Of a DNA stretch of 7,435 nucleotides, positions 1 to 7,240 are shown one piece after another. The stretch's first letter is position 1. Each line of letters starts with the position of its first letter. Below the pieces are notes generated by a model. It saw only the letters and a list, made by a program, of their open reading frames with translations. It was not told the origin of the DNA and searched no databases. The position numbers and the translations under genes are program-made. Source of the stretch: Naegleria gruberi (lineage: Eukaryota); NCBI GenBank assembly GCA_000004985.1, contig GG739138.1. One strand, written 5' to 3'.

Positions 1-453
1 ATGATTGCTGACATTGTCAGGGCAAAGGAAGAAGTAGAAGAGAGAAAACTTGCTGAGCAACGACAAATTGAACAAGCTCTCCAAAAGAAAAAAGAAGAAG
101 AACGAATTAAACAAGAAGAATTAAGGAAAGAACTGGCAAAAGTCAAAGTTCCAGTAACTAATAGAAAAAATCATTTTTCTAATAGAATGCAATCGAGAAA
201 GGAGCAATTTTTGAATCAATCGGAAGATAAGGAGAATTGTTCCCCTCAACAAGTTGAAACAAATCAACCAACAGTTTCGAAAAATGTTCAAAGTCTCGAT
301 GTTATGGAAACCATTTCGAATAAGGTTGTTCTAAGAGAAAGACCAAGAAGAAATACAACACCAATCATGATGAGACCACAAGCTCTATTAGATAATTCTA
401 TACCTGCATCTCCTCGTTCATTATTCCCTCGCCAAACACAACAAGTTTCATAA
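1..453 (+). CDS. Terminal part (or a complete 150-aa ORF) of a protein with a K/E/R-rich predicted coiled-coil (aa ~5-48) followed by an S/T/P/Q-rich disordered tail. The stop is TAA at 451-453. The true 5' end probably lies upstream of the window.
   Basis: ORF track frame +1 is open from the window edge to TAA 451-453. The heptad-like charged EEVEERKLAEQRQIEQALQKKKEEERIKQEELRKELAK is typical of coiled-coils. Arg is mostly AGA and the composition is protein-like. The ATG at position 1 may be a coincidence of the window cut. I could not place the product in a named family. Confidence 0.55.
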   Translation: MIADIVRAKEEVEERKLAEQRQIEQALQKKKEEERIKQEELRKELAKVKVPVTNRKNHFSNRMQSRKEQFLNQSEDKENCSPQQVETNQPTVSKNVQSLDVMETISNKVVLRERPRRNTTPIMMRPQALLDNSIPASPRSLFPRQTQQVS

Positions 454-499
454 AAAACCTCACTTTGTTAAATAGACCGTGGGAGGTGAGAAGGATTGA

Positions 500-545
500 C
501 AAATATTTTTATAAAAAATTTAGAAGTCACTCAAAAAACAAAAAT
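500..545 (+). terminator. Putative yeast-type mRNA 3'-end formation region for the 1-453 gene: a UA-rich efficiency-like element TTTTTATA followed by an A-rich positioning-like tract.
   Basis: TTTTTATA at 506-513 is followed directly by A6 (513-518) and CAAAAAACAAAAA (532-544), about 50-90 bp after the stop codon. This pattern is known from S. cerevisiae 3' UTR signals. There is no canonical metazoan AATAAA immediately downstream of the stop. Confidence 0.3.
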
Positions 546-702
546 TTGTTAAAGTCGAGCCGAAGGTTTATTGGACCAAGAGTGAGACAGTGTGTTCAAA
601 GTATCAATTACCACTTGTTCTTCTAGAAACAAGTACTTCTGGGTTCTTGTACATGAACTTTCGCTTTAATGTACCAACAATTTCAAGTAAATGGGCAGGC
701 AC

Positions 703-898
703 TTATCTAGATGATGTTTTGGCGAGGTGAATGTAGTAATGGCTGGTGAGGAAGGAAGCAAAGGGAGAACTCTCCTCATGGTGGCTTCTCAAGGTAGCAT
801 GCTGAAGGTGGGAATACCAACCAATATACCTATTTAGCAGGGTGATGATGAATTCATGATGAGTAATTGTTGTTTGTTGTTTTTTTTTGTTGAATATT
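703..898 (-). CDS. Candidate C-terminal end of a minus-strand gene that enters the gap. The stop is TAA (plus-strand TTA at 703-705), convergent with the 1-453 gene.
   Basis: The minus frame is open for 65 codons from the gap edge down to the stop at 703 (...NKKKQQTTITHHEFIITLLNRYIGWYSHLQHATLRSHHEESSPFASFLTSHYYIHLAKTSSR*). At ~35% GC an open stretch this long by chance is only a few percent likely. The segment is also GC-richer than its flanks. There is no start codon and no homology that I can recognise. Confidence 0.2.
866..898 (+). repeat. GT-rich low-complexity tract and T9 run abutting the left gap edge (attgttgtttgttgtttttttttgttgaatatt).
   Basis: Direct reading. T run at 880-888. The minus strand reads as a CA-rich stretch encoding N/K/Q/T. 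Confidence 0.7.
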
Positions 899-3800
899 NN
901 NNNNNNNNNNNNNNNNNNNNNNNNNNNNNNNNNNNNNNNNNNNNNNNNNNNNNNNNNNNNNNNNNNNNNNNNNNNNNNNNNNNNNNNNNNNNNNNNNNNN
1001 NNNNNNNNNNNNNNNNNNNNNNNNNNNNNNNNNNNNNNNNNNNNNNNNNNNNNNNNNNNNNNNNNNNNNNNNNNNNNNNNNNNNNNNNNNNNNNNNNNNN
1101 NNNNNNNNNNNNNNNNNNNNNNNNNNNNNNNNNNNNNNNNNNNNNNNNNNNNNNNNNNNNNNNNNNNNNNNNNNNNNNNNNNNNNNNNNNNNNNNNNNNN
1201 NNNNNNNNNNNNNNNNNNNNNNNNNNNNNNNNNNNNNNNNNNNNNNNNNNNNNNNNNNNNNNNNNNNNNNNNNNNNNNNNNNNNNNNNNNNNNNNNNNNN
1301 NNNNNNNNNNNNNNNNNNNNNNNNNNNNNNNNNNNNNNNNNNNNNNNNNNNNNNNNNNNNNNNNNNNNNNNNNNNNNNNNNNNNNNNNNNNNNNNNNNNN
1401 NNNNNNNNNNNNNNNNNNNNNNNNNNNNNNNNNNNNNNNNNNNNNNNNNNNNNNNNNNNNNNNNNNNNNNNNNNNNNNNNNNNNNNNNNNNNNNNNNNNN
1501 NNNNNNNNNNNNNNNNNNNNNNNNNNNNNNNNNNNNNNNNNNNNNNNNNNNNNNNNNNNNNNNNNNNNNNNNNNNNNNNNNNNNNNNNNNNNNNNNNNNN
1601 NNNNNNNNNNNNNNNNNNNNNNNNNNNNNNNNNNNNNNNNNNNNNNNNNNNNNNNNNNNNNNNNNNNNNNNNNNNNNNNNNNNNNNNNNNNNNNNNNNNN
1701 NNNNNNNNNNNNNNNNNNNNNNNNNNNNNNNNNNNNNNNNNNNNNNNNNNNNNNNNNNNNNNNNNNNNNNNNNNNNNNNNNNNNNNNNNNNNNNNNNNNN
1801 NNNNNNNNNNNNNNNNNNNNNNNNNNNNNNNNNNNNNNNNNNNNNNNNNNNNNNNNNNNNNNNNNNNNNNNNNNNNNNNNNNNNNNNNNNNNNNNNNNNN
1901 NNNNNNNNNNNNNNNNNNNNNNNNNNNNNNNNNNNNNNNNNNNNNNNNNNNNNNNNNNNNNNNNNNNNNNNNNNNNNNNNNNNNNNNNNNNNNNNNNNNN
2001 NNNNNNNNNNNNNNNNNNNNNNNNNNNNNNNNNNNNNNNNNNNNNNNNNNNNNNNNNNNNNNNNNNNNNNNNNNNNNNNNNNNNNNNNNNNNNNNNNNNN
2101 NNNNNNNNNNNNNNNNNNNNNNNNNNNNNNNNNNNNNNNNNNNNNNNNNNNNNNNNNNNNNNNNNNNNNNNNNNNNNNNNNNNNNNNNNNNNNNNNNNNN
2201 NNNNNNNNNNNNNNNNNNNNNNNNNNNNNNNNNNNNNNNNNNNNNNNNNNNNNNNNNNNNNNNNNNNNNNNNNNNNNNNNNNNNNNNNNNNNNNNNNNNN
2301 NNNNNNNNNNNNNNNNNNNNNNNNNNNNNNNNNNNNNNNNNNNNNNNNNNNNNNNNNNNNNNNNNNNNNNNNNNNNNNNNNNNNNNNNNNNNNNNNNNNN
2401 NNNNNNNNNNNNNNNNNNNNNNNNNNNNNNNNNNNNNNNNNNNNNNNNNNNNNNNNNNNNNNNNNNNNNNNNNNNNNNNNNNNNNNNNNNNNNNNNNNNN
2501 NNNNNNNNNNNNNNNNNNNNNNNNNNNNNNNNNNNNNNNNNNNNNNNNNNNNNNNNNNNNNNNNNNNNNNNNNNNNNNNNNNNNNNNNNNNNNNNNNNNN
2601 NNNNNNNNNNNNNNNNNNNNNNNNNNNNNNNNNNNNNNNNNNNNNNNNNNNNNNNNNNNNNNNNNNNNNNNNNNNNNNNNNNNNNNNNNNNNNNNNNNNN
2701 NNNNNNNNNNNNNNNNNNNNNNNNNNNNNNNNNNNNNNNNNNNNNNNNNNNNNNNNNNNNNNNNNNNNNNNNNNNNNNNNNNNNNNNNNNNNNNNNNNNN
2801 NNNNNNNNNNNNNNNNNNNNNNNNNNNNNNNNNNNNNNNNNNNNNNNNNNNNNNNNNNNNNNNNNNNNNNNNNNNNNNNNNNNNNNNNNNNNNNNNNNNN
2901 NNNNNNNNNNNNNNNNNNNNNNNNNNNNNNNNNNNNNNNNNNNNNNNNNNNNNNNNNNNNNNNNNNNNNNNNNNNNNNNNNNNNNNNNNNNNNNNNNNNN
3001 NNNNNNNNNNNNNNNNNNNNNNNNNNNNNNNNNNNNNNNNNNNNNNNNNNNNNNNNNNNNNNNNNNNNNNNNNNNNNNNNNNNNNNNNNNNNNNNNNNNN
3101 NNNNNNNNNNNNNNNNNNNNNNNNNNNNNNNNNNNNNNNNNNNNNNNNNNNNNNNNNNNNNNNNNNNNNNNNNNNNNNNNNNNNNNNNNNNNNNNNNNNN
3201 NNNNNNNNNNNNNNNNNNNNNNNNNNNNNNNNNNNNNNNNNNNNNNNNNNNNNNNNNNNNNNNNNNNNNNNNNNNNNNNNNNNNNNNNNNNNNNNNNNNN
3301 NNNNNNNNNNNNNNNNNNNNNNNNNNNNNNNNNNNNNNNNNNNNNNNNNNNNNNNNNNNNNNNNNNNNNNNNNNNNNNNNNNNNNNNNNNNNNNNNNNNN
3401 NNNNNNNNNNNNNNNNNNNNNNNNNNNNNNNNNNNNNNNNNNNNNNNNNNNNNNNNNNNNNNNNNNNNNNNNNNNNNNNNNNNNNNNNNNNNNNNNNNNN
3501 NNNNNNNNNNNNNNNNNNNNNNNNNNNNNNNNNNNNNNNNNNNNNNNNNNNNNNNNNNNNNNNNNNNNNNNNNNNNNNNNNNNNNNNNNNNNNNNNNNNN
3601 NNNNNNNNNNNNNNNNNNNNNNNNNNNNNNNNNNNNNNNNNNNNNNNNNNNNNNNNNNNNNNNNNNNNNNNNNNNNNNNNNNNNNNNNNNNNNNNNNNNN
3701 NNNNNNNNNNNNNNNNNNNNNNNNNNNNNNNNNNNNNNNNNNNNNNNNNNNNNNNNNNNNNNNNNNNNNNNNNNNNNNNNNNNNNNNNNNNNNNNNNNNN

Positions 3801-6157
3801 NNNNNNNNNNNNNNNNNNNNNNNNNNNNNNNNNNNNNNNNNNNNNNNNNNNNNNNNNNNNNNNNNNNNNNNNNNNNNNNNNNNNNNNNNNNNNNNNNNNN
3901 NNNNNNNNNNNNNNNNNNNNNNNNNNNNNNNNNNNNNNNNNNNNNNNNNNNNNNNNNNNNNNNNNNNNNNNNNNNNNNNNNNNNNNNNNNNNNNNNNNNN
4001 NNNNNNNNNNNNNNNNNNNNNNNNNNNNNNNNNNNNNNNNNNNNNNNNNNNNNNNNNNNNNNNNNNNNNNNNNNNNNNNNNNNNNNNNNNNNNNNNNNNN
4101 NNNNNNNNNNNNNNNNNNNNNNNNNNNNNNNNNNNNNNNNNNNNNNNNNNNNNNNNNNNNNNNNNNNNNNNNNNNNNNNNNNNNNNNNNNNNNNNNNNNN
4201 NNNNNNNNNNNNNNNNNNNNNNNNNNNNNNNNNNNNNNNNNNNNNNNNNNNNNNNNNNNNNNNNNNNNNNNNNNNNNNNNNNNNNNNNNNNNNNNNNNNN
4301 NNNNNNNNNNNNNNNNNNNNNNNNNNNNNNNNNNNNNNNNNNNNNNNNNNNNNNNNNNNNNNNNNNNNNNNNNNNNNNNNNNNNNNNNNNNNNNNNNNNN
4401 NNNNNNNNNNNNNNNNNNNNNNNNNNNNNNNNNNNNNNNNNNNNNNNNNNNNNNNNNNNNNNNNNNNNNNNNNNNNNNNNNNNNNNNNNNNNNNNNNNNN
4501 NNNNNNNNNNNNNNNNNNNNNNNNNNNNNNNNNNNNNNNNNNNNNNNNNNNNNNNNNNNNNNNNNNNNNNNNNNNNNNNNNNNNNNNNNNNNNNNNNNNN
4601 NNNNNNNNNNNNNNNNNNNNNNNNNNNNNNNNNNNNNNNNNNNNNNNNNNNNNNNNNNNNNNNNNNNNNNNNNNNNNNNNNNNNNNNNNNNNNNNNNNNN
4701 NNNNNNNNNNNNNNNNNNNNNNNNNNNNNNNNNNNNNNNNNNNNNNNNNNNNNNNNNNNNNNNNNNNNNNNNNNNNNNNNNNNNNNNNNNNNNNNNNNNN
4801 NNNNNNNNNNNNNNNNNNNNNNNNNNNNNNNNNNNNNNNNNNNNNNNNNNNNNNNNNNNNNNNNNNNNNNNNNNNNNNNNNNNNNNNNNNNNNNNNNNNN
4901 NNNNNNNNNNNNNNNNNNNNNNNNNNNNNNNNNNNNNNNNNNNNNNNNNNNNNNNNNNNNNNNNNNNNNNNNNNNNNNNNNNNNNNNNNNNNNNNNNNNN
5001 NNNNNNNNNNNNNNNNNNNNNNNNNNNNNNNNNNNNNNNNNNNNNNNNNNNNNNNNNNNNNNNNNNNNNNNNNNNNNNNNNNNNNNNNNNNNNNNNNNNN
5101 NNNNNNNNNNNNNNNNNNNNNNNNNNNNNNNNNNNNNNNNNNNNNNNNNNNNNNNNNNNNNNNNNNNNNNNNNNNNNNNNNNNNNNNNNNNNNNNNNNNN
5201 NNNNNNNNNNNNNNNNNNNNNNNNNNNNNNNNNNNNNNNNNNNNNNNNNNNNNNNNNNNNNNNNNNNNNNNNNNNNNNNNNNNNNNNNNNNNNNNNNNNN
5301 NNNNNNNNNNNNNNNNNNNNNNNNNNNNNNNNNNNNNNNNNNNNNNNNNNNNNNNNNNNNNNNNNNNNNNNNNNNNNNNNNNNNNNNNNNNNNNNNNNNN
5401 NNNNNNNNNNNNNNNNNNNNNNNNNNNNNNNNNNNNNNNNNNNNNNNNNNNNNNNNNNNNNNNNNNNNNNNNNNNNNNNNNNNNNNNNNNNNNNNNNNNN
5501 NNNNNNNNNNNNNNNNNNNNNNNNNNNNNNNNNNNNNNNNNNNNNNNNNNNNNNNNNNNNNNNNNNNNNNNNNNNNNNNNNNNNNNNNNNNNNNNNNNNN
5601 NNNNNNNNNNNNNNNNNNNNNNNNNNNNNNNNNNNNNNNNNNNNNNNNNNNNNNNNNNNNNNNNNNNNNNNNNNNNNNNNNNNNNNNNNNNNNNNNNNNN
5701 NNNNNNNNNNNNNNNNNNNNNNNNNNNNNNNNNNNNNNNNNNNNNNNNNNNNNNNNNNNNNNNNNNNNNNNNNNNNNNNNNNNNNNNNNNNNNNNNNNNN
5801 NNNNNNNNNNNNNNNNNNNNNNNNNNNNNNNNNNNNNNNNNNNNNNNNNNNNNNNNNNNNNNNNNNNNNNNNNNNNNNNNNNNNNNNNNNNNNNNNNNNN
5901 NNNNNNNNNNNNNNNNNNNNNNNNNNNNNNNNNNNNNNNNNNNNNNNNNNNNNNNNNNNNNNNNNNNNNNNNNNNNNNNNNNNNNNNNNNNNNNNNNNNN
6001 NNNNNNNNNNNNNNNNNNNNNNNNNNNNNNNNNNNNNNNNNNNNNNNNNNNNNNNNNNNNNNNNNNNNNNNNNNNNNNNNNNNNNNNNNNNNNNNNNNNN
6101 NNNNNNNNNNNNNNNNNNNNNNNNNNNNNNNNNNNNNNNNNNNNNNNNNNNNNNNNN
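899..6157. other. Assembly gap: 5,259 consecutive N. The non-round length suggests a size-estimated scaffold gap.
   Basis: Uninterrupted n characters from 899 to 6157. Every ORF-track entry that crosses it (X runs) is an artifact of translating N. Confidence 0.97.
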
Positions 6158-6300
6158 TCTCGCATTTGAGAGAGAACTTGGTTGTTGCTGGTGGTGGATG
6201 TTATCTTGGACGACATTATTTGTTTTTGGTAGTGTGTTGTTGTTTTGTTTTGAGAATATTCGAAAGGATAAGATAATACTGGAGTAACTGTCCTGTTCAT
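6158..6300 (-). CDS. Candidate N-terminal 47 codons of a minus-strand gene running into the gap (MNRTVTPVLSYPFEYSQNKTTTHYQKQIMSSKITSTTSNNQVLSQMR...). There is an alternative, better-context start at 6216 (MSSKITSTTSNNQ...).
   Basis: ATG is the reverse complement of CAT at 6298-6300. Codons are yeast-preferred (TCT, GTT, ACT, CCA, CAA, AAC). The opposite plus-strand frame gives Cys/Val-rich junk. The first ATG has a poor -3 context (T), whereas the ATG at 6214-6216 has A at -3 and a following TCG (ATAATGTCG). The region downstream on the plus strand (6301-7261) looks like a promoter. Confidence 0.4.
6177..6252 (+). repeat. GT-rich low-complexity tract just inside the right gap edge (ttggttgttgctggtggtggatg...gtgtgttgttgttttgttttgag).
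   Basis: Direct reading. Strong G+T skew on the plus strand, which is CA-rich on the minus strand. It mirrors the composition at the left gap edge. Confidence 0.65.
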
Positions 6301-6413
6301 AAAAGGATCTTTCCTTTCTAATGCAAATGGTAAGAACAGTATTCTCTCTCTAACAAAAAAAATATAATCACTTCATCATTGCTGATTGTCTTTACCAATT
6401 CAATACGGAAAAT

Positions 6414-6455
6414 GTTGATATTCAATGTGCATCATCTTTGGATATACATCAATAG
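6414..6455 (+). repeat. Dispersed repeat copy A: GTTGATATTCAA ... TATACATCAATAG.
   Basis: gttgatattcaa at 6414-6425 and tatacatcaatag at 6443-6455. Both halves recur in copy B at 6754-6799 with the same order and orientation. Confidence 0.6.
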
Positions 6456-6586
6456 TATTGTCGTTTTAGTAATAGTGTGCACACTATATTAATGAAATAA
6501 ATTTCCTCAGTGCTTCTTTTATACCTTACTCAACAAATAAAGACATTTAATTTGATTACAGCGATTACTGGGTTTTTTTTCAATCA

Positions 6587-6668
6587 CCCCTTAAAAATCG
6601 TAGTTGTTAAAAGTGAATGCCCTTCAAAAACAAGTTTTTCTTCTCTTTACTGTGTTTTTAGTGCCCCT
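6587..6668 (+). promoter_or_regulatory. Two CCCCT (AGGGG on the minus strand) motifs matching the yeast stress-response element core.
   Basis: CCCCT at 6587-6591 and 6664-6668. The STRE core AGGGG/CCCCT is bound by Msn2/Msn4 in S. cerevisiae (established knowledge). A 5-mer match alone is weak. Confidence 0.2.
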
Positions 6669-6670
6669 AT

Positions 6671-6677
6671 TATATAA
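6671..6677. promoter_or_regulatory. TATA-box consensus TATATAA.
   Basis: tatataa at 6671-6677 is a near-perfect match to TATA(A/T)A(A/T). It lies ~370 bp from the minus-strand ATG and ~590 bp from the plus-strand ATG. Confidence 0.25.
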
Positions 6678-6753
6678 TTTTTTAATTCTTCTGATTTTTG
6701 AAAAAACGTAAAAATTGAAGAAACAGTTTGAGCTGACACTCTCTTGGGAATCA

Positions 6754-6799
6754 GTTGATATTCCAAAGAGTATACATCAATGAAATACATCCACAATAG
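6754..6799 (+). repeat. Dispersed repeat copy B: GTTGATATTCCAA ... TATACATCAATGAAATACATCCACAATAG.
   Basis: gttgatattccaa at 6754-6766 and tatacatcaat at 6771-6781 match copy A. It also contains the first copy of TCAATGAAATACATCCA (6777-6793). Confidence 0.6.
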
Positions 6800-6881
6800 T
6801 TTAGAAACATTTCAAACTACTTTCATAAAATTAATCAGAATGTTCAATGTCAACACTATATATCCTAGTGAACACTCCATC

Positions 6882-6900
6882 TCAATGAAAGTACATCCAA
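6882..6900 (+). repeat. Second copy of the TCAATGAAA(G)TACATCCA motif.
   Basis: tcaatgaaagtacatccaa at 6882-6900 matches tcaatgaaatacatccaca at 6777-6795: 17 of 18 positions match with one 1-nt indel, ~105 bp apart in the same orientation. Confidence 0.6.
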
Positions 6901-6904
6901 TCAT

Positions 6905-6930
6905 CATGTAAATTTACCATGTAAATTTAC
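6905..6930 (+). repeat. Perfect tandem duplication of the 13-bp unit CATGTAAATTTAC. Each unit contains the 10-bp palindrome GTAAATTTAC.
   Basis: catgtaaatttac at 6905-6917 and again at 6918-6930. GTAAATTTAC is its own reverse complement. The two palindromes sit 13 bp centre to centre. Confidence 0.85.
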
Positions 6931-7032
6931 CAGATACATTTAATTACATTACTATATATCTTGTATCAATTTCACATTGTTAGAATAGAATTCAATACGA
7001 TAATAATAACGAGGGTAATATGTATCCGTGTT

Positions 7033-7050
7033 ATCCAGCCAACGCTGGAT
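7033..7050. repeat. Inverted repeat ATCCAGC-caac-GCTGGAT (7-bp arms, 4-nt spacer).
   Basis: atccagc at 7033-7039 and gctggat at 7044-7050 are reverse complements. It belongs to the GGAT/ATCC-rich cluster. Confidence 0.6.
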
Positions 7051-7066
7051 TGAAAGGATTTTGTCA

Positions 7067-7095
7067 GATGGGATCCACTATAAGTGGATCCCATC
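7067..7095. repeat. Perfect 13-bp inverted repeat GATGGGATCCACT-ata-AGTGGATCCCATC (3-nt spacer). Each arm contains GGATCC.
   Basis: Positions 7067-7079 are the exact reverse complement of 7083-7095, and the arms cannot be extended (7066 and 7096 are both A). A 13/13 match is far beyond chance for 2.2 kb of readable sequence. Confidence 0.9.
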
Positions 7096-7107
7096 AAGAC
7101 AAAGCCA

Positions 7108-7133
7108 GGATAAAATGGATAATGGATGGATAA
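7108..7133 (+). promoter_or_regulatory. Three direct GATAA motifs within 25 bp (GGATAAaaTGGATAATGGATGGATAA), a candidate GATA-factor binding cluster.
   Basis: GATAA at 7109-7113, 7118-7122 and 7129-7133, all in the same orientation and ~130-155 bp upstream of the ATG at 7262. Fungal GATA factors (Gln3/Gat1/Dal80/Gzf3 in S. cerevisiae) bind GATAA/GATAAG and need two or more sites (established knowledge). The assignment here is inference. Confidence 0.35.
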
Positions 7134-7240
7134 TTCCGATATAATCAGCTACAAATCTAATAGTTATATTAAGGAGAGATGTTACTGAGAAATTATCTAT
7201 GAGAAATACTACAATATAAGAGGATGTAACTGTTCTAAAT

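Noticed and set aside
1-3. ATG exactly at window position 1 read as a genuine start codon of a 150-aa protein.
   Set aside because: This may be a coincidence of where the window was cut. The charged coiled-coil beginning immediately suggests an internal region of a longer protein. It is kept as an alternative in the feature call.
843-864. Two TGATGA (C-box-like) motifs and a 10-bp palindrome ATGAATTCAT (848-857) just before the gap, considered as a C/D snoRNA 5' end.
   Set aside because: No paired D box or terminal stem is visible because the sequence enters the gap within 40 bp. TGATGA is common in AT-rich DNA, and a 10-bp palindrome is expected about twice by chance in 2 kb.
856-6276. Plus-strand ORFs of 1,806 and 1,760 aa spanning the gap (856..6276, 887..6169).
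   Set aside because: They consist almost entirely of X from translating N. The real flanks are only 14 and ~40 codons and give Cys/Phe/Val-rich nonsense peptides, which is chance openness.
6267-6277. GATAAGATAAT double GATA motif.
   Set aside because: It lies inside the putative minus-strand coding region, so it is unlikely to be a promoter element. It is noted only because GATA motifs recur in this window.
6326-6336. gtaagaacag read as a 5' splice donor on the plus strand.
   Set aside because: There is no upstream plus-strand exon, and the plus frame here is junk. Budding-yeast introns use GTATGT and a TACTAAC branch point, and neither occurs anywhere in the readable sequence.
7033-7101. 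H/ACA-snoRNA-like layout: hairpin (7033-7050), ANANNA-like AAAGGA (7053-7058), hairpin (7067-7095), then ACA (7099-7101) 3 nt after the stem.
   Set aside because: Both hairpins are short perfect stems with no internal pseudouridylation pocket, whereas real H/ACA hairpins are ~60 nt each. Given the promoter position, a protein-binding palindrome is more plausible.
7020-7133. 37-codon sORF (MYPCYPANAGLKGFCQMGSTISGSHQDKARIKWIMDG*) covering the GGAT/palindrome island.
   Set aside because: Its codons are rare for this genome (CCG, GCC, AGG). The reading frame is simply a by-product of the GC-richer repeat island and there are no coding signals. A regulatory DNA element is more parsimonious.
7134-7160. 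TTCCGAT resembling the CDEIII core (TTCCGAA) of budding-yeast point centromeres.
   Set aside because: No CDEI (RTCACRTG) within range. The adjacent sequence that would be CDEII is neither 78-86 bp long nor over 90% AT (GGAT-rich on one side, ~70% AT on the other). It lies 120 bp from a gene start.
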